Of a stretch of DNA of 64,000 nucleotides, positions 46,186 to 56,111 are shown in pieces (the first letter of the stretch is position 1; each line of letters starts with the position of its first letter). The notes under the pieces were generated by a model, which saw nothing but the letters and a program-made list of their open reading frames with translations, searched no databases and had not been told where the DNA came from. The position numbers were made by a program, and so were the translations under genes. Source of the stretch: Christensenella sp. UBA1685 (GTDB lineage Bacteria > Bacillota > Clostridia > Christensenellales > CAG-138); the NCBI GenBank assembly GCA_002320595.1, contig DCKB01000031.1:1443-65442 (forward strand). The letters are read 5' to 3'.

Positions 46186-46737
46186 TTAGTTCTCCATCTG
46201 TTTTCCCATGAAATTTGCGGCCGTTTCGCACGCTTTCAGCTCCGTGGCACTCATCACTGCCCCTGCTTCGCGGCTCACGAGGATCACCGCGCCGATCGCA
46301 TCCCCCGCTGCAAGGATCGGCACCACAACAGCCGCCTGATAAATGTCTCCGCCATCCTCCGCCGTAATGTGCGGCACGGCTCCGTTTCCATCTGAAGCAA
46401 GCACCTTCTCGCGCCGTTTCATGATCTGCTCTACATCGTCGTGCAGCGGCCTATCCAAAAGCTCGCGGCGGCTTGCGCCTGCAACGGCAATGACGTTGTC
46501 CTTATCACAAATGAGCGCGGTGTGTCCCAGCGCCAAATGGAGCGATTCAGCGTATTCCTTGGCAAAATCGCCGAGTTCGCCGATTGGAGAATACTTTTTC
46601 AGGATCACTTCGCCTTCGCGGTCCGTAAAGATTTCCAGCGGGTCGCCTTCGCGAATCCGCAGTGTTCTGCGAATCTCCTTGGGTATGACCACGCGGCCAA
46701 GTTCGTCAATCCTGCGTACAATCCCAGTTGCTTTCAA
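46186..46737 (-). CDS. spoVT: Stage V sporulation protein T
   Basis: KATGIVRRIDELGRVVIPKEIRRTLRIREGDPLEIF plus a GAF-like C-terminus. TTG start after GGAGGG. Confidence 0.95.
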   Translation of the reverse strand: MKATGIVRRIDELGRVVIPKEIRRTLRIREGDPLEIFTDREGEVILKKYSPIGELGDFAKEYAESLHLALGHTALICDKDNVIAVAGASRRELLDRPLHDDVEQIMKRREKVLASDGNGAVPHITAEDGGDIYQAAVVVPILAAGDAIGAVILVSREAGAVMSATELKACETAANFMGKQMEN

Positions 46738-46793
46738 AACAGTTCCCTCCTGTGCTGCCTTTGCGACAATACTTAAATATTTGGTCGTAGGCC

Positions 46794-46822
46794 TATTATT
46801 TGTAAGTCGAGCCGTTGTATGC
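46794..46822 (-). promoter_or_regulatory. Possible forespore SigG-type promoter of spoVT
   Basis: Minus strand GCATA-17nt-AATAATA. spoVT is SigG-dependent in B. subtilis. Confidence 0.5.
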
Positions 46823-46896
46823 GGGCTTTTGACTGGAAAAAAACGGCGCAGGGCTGCGCTGCTCATATCAAGGCTAAACGCTCTGCGCTTTTTCAT

Positions 46897-46932
46897 AAAC
46901 GAAGGAGCCCCGCCAGCGGAGCTCCTTCGTTT
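46897..46932 (-). terminator. ftsZ terminator
   Basis: AAACGAAGGAGC...GCTCCTTCGTTT hairpin. Confidence 0.75.
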
Positions 46933-46951
46933 CATGCGTATTTTGCAGCTT

Positions 46952-48217
46952 TTAATCGTTCCTGTTGCGCAGGAAACTGGGCAGGTCGAGGTTGCTCTTT
47001 TCCTTTGGGTTATATTCGCCCTTGGGAAGATCCTGCTTCGTGAAATGAGGCGTTACCTCTTCTCCGTCCGGCAGCGGAGAGGTATATTGCGGCGCTTTGC
47101 TTCGTTTCTCTTCCCAGAAATTGCGTTTGGGTGCGTTTGAGCCGGGCAGGGAGGGCTCGTCCTTCCTGCGCCAGTCATCCGCTACGCGGCCGGTGCTGCG
47201 CACGGTTTGCTGCGGCTCCTGTTGTACGGCATTGCGCCGGTTGTTCAAGCGCGTATCTGCGGATTCAAAGCCTGTGGCAATCACCGTGATGCGCACCGCA
47301 TCGCCCAATTCTTCGTCCGTGCCCGCGCCCCAAATGATGTTTGCATCGCCGTCCGCATATTCCTGAATGAACGCCGCCGCTTCGGAAACCTCAAGGATGC
47401 CGAGATCCGCGCCGCCCGTGATGTTAATGATGACGCCCTTTGCGCCGTTGATGCTGGTCTCAAGCAGCGAGCTTTCAACGGCCTGCTTCGCGGCCTCAAG
47501 CGCACGCTTTTCGCCGGACGCCATGCCAATGCCCATATGCGCCATTCCTTTTTCGCGCATAATAGTCCGCACATCCGCAAAGTCCAAGTTCACCATGCTC
47601 GGCACAGCAATCAGATCGCTGATGCCCTGAATGCCTTGGCGAAGCACATCGTCTGCCACGCGGAAGGCTTCCGAAAGGCTGACGTTGCCGACCGTGTCAA
47701 GCAGGCGATCGTTCGGGATGATGATAAGCGTATCCACGGAATCCTTCAGGTTCATGATGCCGTTGACCGCGTTGTTCATGCGAACTTTGCCCTCAAAAGC
47801 GAAAGGCTTTGTCACTACGCCGATTGTGAGAATCCCCATCTCCTTTGCGCATTCCGCCACGATGGGCGCTGCGCCCGTTCCCGTGCCGCCGCCCATGCCG
47901 GCGGTGATAAACACAAGATCCGCTCCCTTGAGCGCTTCCGTGATTGCATCCCGGCTTTCCTCGGCCGCTTTGCGGCCAACCTCCGGATCCGCACCCGCGC
48001 CAAGCCCCTTGGTCAGCTTTTCGCCGATCTGGATCTTTTGTCCGGCGCGCGAAAGGTAGAGCGCCTGTTTATCCGTATTGACGGAAATGAACTCCACGCC
48101 GCGCAAGCCGTATTGAATCATGCGGTTGACCGCGTTGTTCCCCGCGCCGCCGACCCCGACGACTTTCAGCTGCGCAAATTGGCCGCTTTCAAAATCCAGT
48201 TCCAAACCGATGGGCAT
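46952..48217 (-). CDS. ftsZ: Cell division protein FtsZ
   Basis: GGGTGTG signature, NLDFAD and C-terminal DLPSFLR. Confidence 0.98.
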   Translation of the reverse strand: MPIGLELDFESGQFAQLKVVGVGGAGNNAVNRMIQYGLRGVEFISVNTDKQALYLSRAGQKIQIGEKLTKGLGAGADPEVGRKAAEESRDAITEALKGADLVFITAGMGGGTGTGAAPIVAECAKEMGILTIGVVTKPFAFEGKVRMNNAVNGIMNLKDSVDTLIIIPNDRLLDTVGNVSLSEAFRVADDVLRQGIQGISDLIAVPSMVNLDFADVRTIMREKGMAHMGIGMASGEKRALEAAKQAVESSLLETSINGAKGVIINITGGADLGILEVSEAAAFIQEYADGDANIIWGAGTDEELGDAVRITVIATGFESADTRLNNRRNAVQQEPQQTVRSTGRVADDWRRKDEPSLPGSNAPKRNFWEEKRSKAPQYTSPLPDGEEVTPHFTKQDLPKGEYNPKEKSNLDLPSFLRNRND

Positions 48218-48235
48218 ATGGTGTTCCTCCTTAGC

Positions 48236-49435
48236 TTACTTCACAAAGAAATCCTTGAGTTTTTTCATTAAGCTTCCCTGCGGGCCCGTGAGCTCCAGCC
48301 GGCCTGCATTGTCCTCGTCCGTTGCATGCATCACGAAATCCATCACGGAAAATGCGCTTGCATAGTTTGGGGAGGATAGCCTTGGCATCCATGGCATGCG
48401 CACTTGGATTGGAAAGCCGATGCACCGTTCCATGTATTCGCAGCTGCCGCGCATGAGCGTGAATCCACCGCCGGTCATGTAAATCTGCAGGTTCTCCGTA
48501 AGCGCAACGCCCATATCCCGAATTGCTTCGGAAATAAGCGAAGCAAGCTCCTTTGTCCGCTCCTCAATGATGTACTGAATTGCCGCATGGTCAACATTCA
48601 TCACGCCGCCACCCGGAATCCTGATCGTATCTATACTGTCCTGATAATCCAGCGAATAAACATAGCGGCGCTTGACAGTTTCGGCTACAGGCCGTGCAAG
48701 GCCGAGTCCGAAGCTTAAATCCCCCGCAAAATGGTTTCCGCCCACATCGATGGTGCGCATTGCAACGAGTGCGGAGTTGCGCATCACGCAAACATCCGTA
48801 TGCGTGGCACCAACGTCTAAAAGCACTGCCGGGTGCGCGCGTTCCTCCTCCGGAATCACAAATAACCCTTCGGAAAGCGGCACGGCGATATACATGTCCG
48901 CATCCAGGCCGACGCGCAAAAGCGAATCGGAAACCAGACGCTTGAATCGTTCCTCCACATAGAGATGAGAAACCGTAGCGCGCAGCGATTCGCCCGAAAC
49001 GCCGAGCGGCACATCCGCACGAACTACGCCATCCACAGTGAATTCAACGGGCGTACTGTGTATGAGCTCGTATCCTTCCGGCGACTGAAAATCGAGCGAA
49101 GCGTTTAAAAGCTCGTCGATATCCCGGTGCGTCACACGTTTGTTGCGTGCGCGGGGGGAAACCTCCCCTTCATGCAGCACAAGTTTGGTGAAGGGGGCCG
49201 GGACTCCCACGGAAATTTCGCGTACGCGGCGGCGTGCTTCGCCTTCGGCAAGCGCGAGCGCATCCACAACAGCATCGGAAAATTGCTGCTCATCTTCCAT
49301 AATGCCGCGCTTATATCCCTTATACTCGCGTATCCCTGCACCGTGGACAACAATGCTGTCCTTTCCGTCAGGGCTGCAAATCAGGCATATTACCTTGGAA
49401 CTGCCAATATCCAGCACGGCAGTGTATTGACTCAT
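48236..49435 (-). CDS. ftsA: Cell division protein FtsA
   Basis: LDIGSSKV, LDVGATHT and TGGG motifs; directly upstream of ftsZ. Confidence 0.9.
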   Translation of the reverse strand: MSQYTAVLDIGSSKVICLICSPDGKDSIVVHGAGIREYKGYKRGIMEDEQQFSDAVVDALALAEGEARRRVREISVGVPAPFTKLVLHEGEVSPRARNKRVTHRDIDELLNASLDFQSPEGYELIHSTPVEFTVDGVVRADVPLGVSGESLRATVSHLYVEERFKRLVSDSLLRVGLDADMYIAVPLSEGLFVIPEEERAHPAVLLDVGATHTDVCVMRNSALVAMRTIDVGGNHFAGDLSFGLGLARPVAETVKRRYVYSLDYQDSIDTIRIPGGGVMNVDHAAIQYIIEERTKELASLISEAIRDMGVALTENLQIYMTGGGFTLMRGSCEYMERCIGFPIQVRMPWMPRLSSPNYASAFSVMDFVMHATDEDNAGRLELTGPQGSLMKKLKDFFVK

Positions 49436-49601
49436 GGCGCCTCCATCCGCGCACAAACGCACGGCAAGGATATACTTTTCCCAGTATTACAAGGATACCA
49501 CAGATACCATATGTTGTGCAATACATTCACCTACTATAATGGAATCTACAGGAAGATTTCCCAGTTTTATACACCGGAGGTCATCGGTTGCGTCAGCGCA
49601 T

Positions 49602-50909
49602 TCAACCGGAATAGGGATCCTCCGGCACTCCGGTGGGTGTGGGCGACGCGTTGGGTACAGCCGTCCCATCCGGTTCAGGCGTTCCATCCGGCTCAGGCGT
49701 TTGGCCCGGTTCCGGGGAATTTTGTGGGCCGGCGGGCGCAGACGCACCGGAATCCGGCGGTGAATACACGGGAGATCCCTTTGCGCTCAGATCGAGCGTT
49801 CCACTTTTATTGTAACCGTTCTCGATGAGTGCCGGCAATACCATTCGAAAATTGTTCAATTTTTCTTCCGCATTATCCGGCTGGCCCAACTGCACGGCGA
49901 GCCCGTCGAAGGTCGTCATGGTGATGCTGAGCGGGTTGCTGATATCCAGCGTTTCCACAACATTGAGCAACTCCGCATTCTCCAAAGCCGCAAGCAGCGT
50001 TACAAGCGTGCGGGAATGAAAGTCCGATTCTTCCCCAAGCCGCTGGTTCACGTGATAGCCGCCCGCGCCGGTGCCGTATACCTTAAGCAGCCCTTCGTAG
50101 CTTGCGCGCGTGCCGATGGAGAGCACGTACCCCTCGCCATCGATCACGGCATGCGTGTTCATGCCGAGAATTACCGCCTTTTCTTTGCGTTCCGTCACAC
50201 GCAGCACCAGCTTGTCCGGATAAACGCGCATGATTTCCAGAGACGCAATATATGGATCTGCCTCCACAGCCGCCTTTGCCGCGCCAAGCTTTGCGAACCA
50301 CATATGCTGTCCTGTACTGAGCCCGGAGGCGGCAAGGATTTCTTCCTCCGTAAAGCGCTCACAGCCGTAAACCTCGATTTTATCGATGATGAGCACGAAA
50401 TAGGTCAGCAGCAGCGCTGCGATCAGGATTACGGCAAAGGTTGCCGCGCTCAGCAGGCGCACCATGCGCCGCCGGCGCTCCCGGCGGCGTTTTTCCCGCT
50501 CGGTGAGCCTTCTGGCACTTTGCTTCGCCTCCCGCACAGTCGGCACGTGGAGTTCTTCCGGTTCGTGATGGCCGGCCCGGCGTCTGTCCCGTGCGCCGCC
50601 CTCTCCACCTGCTTTCTTTGCCTCACCCTCCGTCTCGGCCGGGGATTCCGTCCCGGCCGCTTCCGGCCGATGCAGAGGCTTGTCCTCCACAGCCGCAGCA
50701 TGAGGCGGTTCCATATGTGCTGGGCTGTAAGCGTTCGGTTCAACCGGAGCTTTCGTTTGCTCCGCAGGCTCCAGCGCCGCCTCATCCGGCCCATGCTTTT
50801 GAAAAGGGCGCAAATTCAGCGTCCCGGAGCCTGCATGCGTAGGCGCATAAACGCGCTCACGCTCCGGAGCGTTTTCACTGTTTGGGTTTTCCCTTTTCCC
50901 TTCGTTCAT
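49602..50909 (-). CDS. ftsQ: FtsQ/DivIB with long disordered N-terminus and Pro-rich tail
   Basis: Basic stretch, single TM, POTRA-like domain (IEVYG...YPDKL..RVTER); dcw position. Confidence 0.8.
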   Translation of the reverse strand: MNEGKRENPNSENAPERERVYAPTHAGSGTLNLRPFQKHGPDEAALEPAEQTKAPVEPNAYSPAHMEPPHAAAVEDKPLHRPEAAGTESPAETEGEAKKAGGEGGARDRRRAGHHEPEELHVPTVREAKQSARRLTEREKRRRERRRRMVRLLSAATFAVILIAALLLTYFVLIIDKIEVYGCERFTEEEILAASGLSTGQHMWFAKLGAAKAAVEADPYIASLEIMRVYPDKLVLRVTERKEKAVILGMNTHAVIDGEGYVLSIGTRASYEGLLKVYGTGAGGYHVNQRLGEESDFHSRTLVTLLAALENAELLNVVETLDISNPLSITMTTFDGLAVQLGQPDNAEEKLNNFRMVLPALIENGYNKSGTLDLSAKGSPVYSPPDSGASAPAGPQNSPEPGQTPEPDGTPEPDGTAVPNASPTPTGVPEDPYSG

Positions 50910-52213
50910 GGCTCCTCTGTTTCCGCATCCTCACGCCGAATCACTGCGCCAAGGGAAGCAAGCATTTTGTCCAAACGCTCATATCCCCTGTCAATCAGTT
51001 CCGCATTTTCCACAATTGTTTCGCCCTCCGCTGCAAGGCCGGCAAGCGTAAGCGCCGCGCCCCCGCGCAGGTCGCGCGCCACAACGCGCGTGCCCATCAG
51101 CCGCTCCACGCCGCGGATGACGATGGTCCGGTCCTTCTGCGTAAAGCTTGCGCCCATGCGCAAGAGCTCTGCGCCGTGCTTGAACCGGTTTTCAAACACG
51201 TTTTCCACGATCATGCTCGTGCCGTCCGCCACGGTGCACAGCGCAAAGAATTGCGCCTGCATATCCGTCGGAAAGCCCGGATACGGCAACGTCTCGATCA
51301 GTTTGATTTCGCGCGGCCGCGCATGCGCAGCAATGCGGATCACATCTCCTTCCGCACGGATGCTGCATCCCGACTCCCGCAGTTTCGCCATGACGGACGC
51401 AATATGCGCCGGCACAGCGTTGCAAAGCGTAACTTCGCCGCCGGTGATGGCCGCCGCGCAAAGCAAAGTACCCGCCACGATGCGATCCGGGATCACGCGG
51501 TGCGCAATGCAATCCCGCTCTGCAGGGCCGCCCTCCGACATATGGTCAGCACAGCCGCGGCCGCCAGAGATGCGAATGGTGGACGAGCCCGCACCCCAAA
51601 CGCCATAGCCAAGTTTGCGCAGGAAGGTTTGAAGGTCCTCAATCTCCGGCTCCCGCGCAGCGTTCTGAATCACCGTTTCCCCTTCCGCCCGCACGGCCGC
51701 CATCATAATGTTTTCCGTGGCGCCGACGCTCGGATAGTCCAGATGGATGTCGGCGCCGGTCATGGAGTGTCCATCGCAAAGGATGAGCCCATGTTCTTCA
51801 CGGATCCCGACGCCCAACATGGTGAGTCCGCGCAAATGCAGGTCGATTGGCCTGTGACCGATCTCACACCCGCCCGGGAACGTGCATACCGCATGCCCAA
51901 AGCGGGCAAGCAGCGGCCCCAACATGAAGATGGAAGAACGCAGCTCTTTGGAAAGCCCCTGCGGCATAACATACGCATTTGCGGCGGAGGTATCCAGCAG
52001 GAGCTTCTCCTCGTCCCAAGCCCAACGAACGCCGAGCGCGCCCAAAATCGCCAGCATGTTCTTCACGTCCCGGAGCCGCGGGCAGTCATACAGTGCAACA
52101 GGCCTTTCTGAAAGCAGGCTTGCCGCAAGGATCGGCAGTGCGGCGTTTTTTGCGCCGCTCACACGTATCGTCCCGGATAAAGGCGTTCCACCCGCCACAA
52201 TCAATGATGCCAT
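50906..52213 (-). CDS. murA: UDP-N-acetylglucosamine 1-carboxyvinyltransferase
   Basis: GAKNAALP, PGGCEIGHRPIDLH, SVGATEN and PGFPTDMQ motifs. Confidence 0.95.
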   Translation of the reverse strand: MASLIVAGGTPLSGTIRVSGAKNAALPILAASLLSERPVALYDCPRLRDVKNMLAILGALGVRWAWDEEKLLLDTSAANAYVMPQGLSKELRSSIFMLGPLLARFGHAVCTFPGGCEIGHRPIDLHLRGLTMLGVGIREEHGLILCDGHSMTGADIHLDYPSVGATENIMMAAVRAEGETVIQNAAREPEIEDLQTFLRKLGYGVWGAGSSTIRISGGRGCADHMSEGGPAERDCIAHRVIPDRIVAGTLLCAAAITGGEVTLCNAVPAHIASVMAKLRESGCSIRAEGDVIRIAAHARPREIKLIETLPYPGFPTDMQAQFFALCTVADGTSMIVENVFENRFKHGAELLRMGASFTQKDRTIVIRGVERLMGTRVVARDLRGGAALTLAGLAAEGETIVENAELIDRGYERLDKMLASLGAVIRREDAETEEP

Positions 52214-52278
52214 GCTTTCTCCTCTCCGCCGCAAGACGGCACATTCCATACTTATGCGGCAAAGGGACGCAACGTTCC

Positions 52279-53415
52279 TCATTCTATATTGCGTGAGATA
52301 TTCAGCAAAATCCCTGCCGCCGCAAGAAAGATCATGAGCGACGTCCCGCCGGCGCTCACAAACGGCAGCGTCTGCCCGGTGGGCGGAATGGAACTGGTCG
52401 CAACGGCTATATTAATGGCTGCCTGCATGCCGATGACCGCCGTAATACCGGCCGCCATCAGGCTTCCGAAACGATCTTTGCAGCGCATGGCAATGCGAAT
52501 GCCGCGGTAAATAATAAACAGGTATGCGAGGATAAGCAGCGTACAGCCGATAAAGCCCAGCTCCTCGCCAATGATAGCAAAAATAAAATCGCTTTCGCCA
52601 TACGGAAGAAACAAAAGCTTCTGGCGGCTGAAATTCAAGCCCTGTCCGAATACGCCGCCCGCGCCGAGCGCAATGAGCGCCTGGCGAAGCTGATACGCCC
52701 CCTCCTCCGTCGATTCCCACGGATTCATGAACATCAGCACGCGGGACTGGCGGTAATCCTCCATCAGAACCGCCACAACGAGGATCGGCAGCGCGATGCC
52801 CGCGAGCAGCAACAGGTGCTTGATCTCCGCGCCGCCCAAAAAAAGCATCACGACGCCCGTCATCAGCAGGATGACCATCATGGACATGTTCTTTTGCAGC
52901 AGCAGCACAAGGCCAAACGCACCCATGATGAACAGCATCGGGAACACGCCCTTTGTCAGGTTCTTCATGGCCTGCGGCCGACGGGACATGAACCCTGCCA
53001 TGTAAACGATAAGCGCAAATTTTGCAAGTTCGGAAGGCTGGAACGTAAAGCCCGTGCCTGGGATACCGAGCCAGCGCTGCGCGCCGTTGCGGCTCACGCC
53101 AAGGCCGGGGACGAGCACGAGCAGCATCAAAAGAAGTGTACCCACGAGCGCGAACACGCGGATCTTGTCAAAAAAGTGGTAATCCACCCGGGAAACCACG
53201 TACATCGCCACGAGCCCGACCGCGAGGTATATCGCTTGACTTTTCAGGTAAAAGAAGCCGTCGTACTTGGTTGCTGCCGTGTTCTGCGCATAATAGTAGC
53301 TTGCGGAAAAAAGCATCACAAGTCCGAAGGCGCAAAGCAGGGCGATTGCAAACAGCAGCGGAAAATCAAGCTGCCCGGTATAGAACGGCCTTCTTTTCTC
53401 AAGTCGGTTCTCCAT
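52279..53415 (-). CDS. ftsW: SEDS protein FtsW/SpoVE
   Basis: GAQRW, FQPSELAK, DFIFAIIGEELG and LPFVS motifs. Confidence 0.93.
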   Translation of the reverse strand: MENRLEKRRPFYTGQLDFPLLFAIALLCAFGLVMLFSASYYYAQNTAATKYDGFFYLKSQAIYLAVGLVAMYVVSRVDYHFFDKIRVFALVGTLLLMLLVLVPGLGVSRNGAQRWLGIPGTGFTFQPSELAKFALIVYMAGFMSRRPQAMKNLTKGVFPMLFIMGAFGLVLLLQKNMSMMVILLMTGVVMLFLGGAEIKHLLLLAGIALPILVVAVLMEDYRQSRVLMFMNPWESTEEGAYQLRQALIALGAGGVFGQGLNFSRQKLLFLPYGESDFIFAIIGEELGFIGCTLLILAYLFIIYRGIRIAMRCKDRFGSLMAAGITAVIGMQAAINIAVATSSIPPTGQTLPFVSAGGTSLMIFLAAAGILLNISRNIE

Positions 53416-53461
53416 ATCCGCTTCGCATCTCCTTTCCGCCTAAACTCGTTCTGTTCCCGCC

Positions 53462-54826
53462 TTAGAGAGCGCGCACAATCTCTTTAAAAATGCGCCCGCG
53501 CTGCTCATAGTCGCTGAACCTGCCCCAACTTGCCGCCGCGGGGGAAAGCAGCACCGCGTCACCCGGTGCGGCAAGCGCCTTGGCATCGCGTATCATCTGC
53601 TCAAACGTACCGTCGGATATGGTCACATTCCCATATCCCGTGCGCCGCGCGGCTTCCTGCACCGCCGGGATGTTGCAGCCGGAGACGAGCACATGCTTGA
53701 TGCGGCCGCCGAACGCCTCAAACAACGGCGTAAAATCGCTGTGTTTGTCATAATCTCCTACGCCGAGGAGCAGGATCGTCGGGCGCGTCATGGCCTCCAC
53801 AGCCTTGATCGTGGAATCCGGGTTGGTGCCCTTGGAATCATTGATGTATGCCACCCCGTCCTTTTCCCGCACAAATTCAATGCGGTGTTCAACGCCGGGG
53901 AAGGCGCGCAGCCCCTCGCATACTTTTTTCGCTTCCATGCCCATGCAAAGCGAGAGAGCCGCTGCACACAGCGCGTTTTCAATGTTGTGTTTCCCCGGGA
54001 TTTGCAGTTCCCGGGTATGAATCAACGGCGTCTCTTTACCGTTCAGCCGGAATATCATCCTGTTTTCCCGCAGGAACATCCCTTCCGGCAGTTCTTCTTT
54101 TTGGGAGAAATAGACTACGCGCGCCCTTGTAAGCCGTTTCATATCACGCACGGTGGGATCGTCATAATTGAGTACGGCGAAATCCTCCTCCGTCTGGTTT
54201 TCAAAGCCGCGGCATTTGGCCGCGATATAGTTTTCAAGCTTATACTCGAAACGGTTCAGATGATCCTCGCTGATGTTGAGCATCCCAAACGCATTCGGCC
54301 GGAACGATGCAATGCTTTCCAGCTGAAGCGCCGCCGTCTCCGCCACGACATAGTCCCCCGGGCGCGTTTCCATGGCGTGTGCGCTGATGGGCACTCCGAT
54401 GTTGCCAAGCACAAAGGTGTGCGCGCCCGCCGTCCGGAACAGTTCGCCCGTAAGCGCAGTGGTCGTTGTTTTCCCATTTGTGCCGCTGATGCAGACGAAT
54501 TTCGTCCCGCGGTCGCAGCAGCGATACCCCAATTCAATTTCCCCGATGACCTCTATGCCGCGTGCGCGCGCCGCCTTCGCAAATGGAGCGAAGATGGGCA
54601 CAACAGGGCTGAGCACCATCAGGTCGATTCCATCCAACAGCGTTTCAGGCGCTTTGCCGAGCGCGCTTGTATACTCTATGCCGCCAAGCGCCTCTGTAAG
54701 ACCGTCTATTTCGCTTTTCATGTCGTTCACAGTCACTTCATAACCGGTTTCATACAAAAGCCGTGCCGCGGCAATGCCGCTGCGCGCCATGCCGACGATA
54801 AGCGCCCGCTTTTTCCTGTTTTCCAT
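53462..54826 (-). CDS. murD: UDP-MurNAc-L-Ala:D-Glu ligase
   Basis: GMARSG, GTNGKTTT, HRIE, NDSKGTN and LLSPA motifs. Confidence 0.95.
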   Translation of the reverse strand: MENRKKRALIVGMARSGIAAARLLYETGYEVTVNDMKSEIDGLTEALGGIEYTSALGKAPETLLDGIDLMVLSPVVPIFAPFAKAARARGIEVIGEIELGYRCCDRGTKFVCISGTNGKTTTTALTGELFRTAGAHTFVLGNIGVPISAHAMETRPGDYVVAETAALQLESIASFRPNAFGMLNISEDHLNRFEYKLENYIAAKCRGFENQTEEDFAVLNYDDPTVRDMKRLTRARVVYFSQKEELPEGMFLRENRMIFRLNGKETPLIHTRELQIPGKHNIENALCAAALSLCMGMEAKKVCEGLRAFPGVEHRIEFVREKDGVAYINDSKGTNPDSTIKAVEAMTRPTILLLGVGDYDKHSDFTPLFEAFGGRIKHVLVSGCNIPAVQEAARRTGYGNVTISDGTFEQMIRDAKALAAPGDAVLLSPAAASWGRFSDYEQRGRIFKEIVRAL

Positions 54827-55055
54827 CGCAGATTCTTCCTTTCCGCAGCCGGTGCTGCGATAAAACCATATGCTTGAGCGCATGGAGACCATCCATGCGC
54901 ATGTTTGAAAAAAGAGCCGTTCGGTGCGGCCAAGGGGCTTGAGGCAAAAGAGCCGCGCTCTGCCTCAAGCACCTTACCCTCGTCGTCTGCCGTGCCAAGC
55001 GCCAATCAGAAAACCACGGCTTACGTCCACAAGCACCAAACGGCTTAACAAACTC

Positions 55056-56072
55056 TTACACGTATGCCAAAAGGCATACAAGGCACAGGAATGTGGTAAC
55101 GATCATGTACACGGACACAATCCGCGTTTCCGCATATCCCTTGAGTTCAAAGTGATGATGCAGCGGCGCCATGCGGAATATGCGCTTTTTGCGCAGCTTG
55201 TAGGAGCCAACCTGCAGAATCACCGAAACGGAGGAGGCGACAAAGCATGCGCCCATGATGGGCAGCAGCAGCGCTGCACGGCTGAAGATCGCCATCACGG
55301 AAATCGCACCGCCAAGGGCAAGCGATCCCGTATCTCCCATGAAAATCCGCGCCGGAAAGGAGTTGAACCGAAGGAACCCGAGGCACCCGCCTGCAACCGC
55401 CGCAGCGAAAATGGACATGGAGTTCAGTTCCGCCGCATATTGTGTTTGCGCAGCTTGTCCCGCGTCGCTCGGCAGGATCATTACAGTGGACATATAATAA
55501 AAGATAATCGCCATCGTGACAGCATAAATCAGGCTTACGCCGGAAGCAAGGCCATCCAGCCCATCAGTCAGATTCACGCTGTTCACCGTTGCGATGATGA
55601 GGAGCATCACAAACGGGATATAGAACACGCCAAGATCCCATTCCACGTCGAAAAACGCAAGGTAAATCTTCGAGCCCACAAAGGGGCTGTTGTAGGCATA
55701 TAAAGCAAGGATGAGCGCAATGCCGAACTGCGCGATGATCTTCTGGTATGCCTTAAGGCCCACGGTGTTTTTATATTTCACCTTCAAAAAATCATCCAGA
55801 AATCCGACCAGAGAAAACCCCACCGTAACAAGCAGCGCAGGCAGCGCAAGCTCCGTGGCATTGAGGGAGAATGCGAGCGTTCCGACAAGGATGCCGGCGA
55901 TGAACATCATGCCGCCCATGGTGGGCGTACCCGTTTTTTTAAGGTGCGATTGCGGCCCGTCGTCACGTTCCGTCTGTCCGAATTTCAGCCGTTTCAGCAG
56001 CGGGATCAGCGCGGGGCCGAGCGCGATGGTTACAATCGCAGCGAGCAACAGTGCATAAATCGGGTATTGCAT
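55056..56072 (-). CDS. mraY: Phospho-MurNAc-pentapeptide transferase
   Basis: KTGTPTMGG, NLTDGLDG, FMGDTG and MAPLHHHFE motifs. Confidence 0.96.
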   Translation of the reverse strand: MQYPIYALLLAAIVTIALGPALIPLLKRLKFGQTERDDGPQSHLKKTGTPTMGGMMFIAGILVGTLAFSLNATELALPALLVTVGFSLVGFLDDFLKVKYKNTVGLKAYQKIIAQFGIALILALYAYNSPFVGSKIYLAFFDVEWDLGVFYIPFVMLLIIATVNSVNLTDGLDGLASGVSLIYAVTMAIIFYYMSTVMILPSDAGQAAQTQYAAELNSMSIFAAAVAGGCLGFLRFNSFPARIFMGDTGSLALGGAISVMAIFSRAALLLPIMGACFVASSVSVILQVGSYKLRKKRIFRMAPLHHHFELKGYAETRIVSVYMIVTTFLCLVCLLAYV

Positions 56073-56111
56073 AACATCCTCCGTATCCAACCGGGCGATA
56101 TGCCCGAAACG

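Noticed and set aside
49650-49715. Short tandem repeats in the ftsQ 3' end
   Set aside because: They encode a low-complexity TPEPDG Pro-rich tail and are not a CRISPR or a regulatory array.
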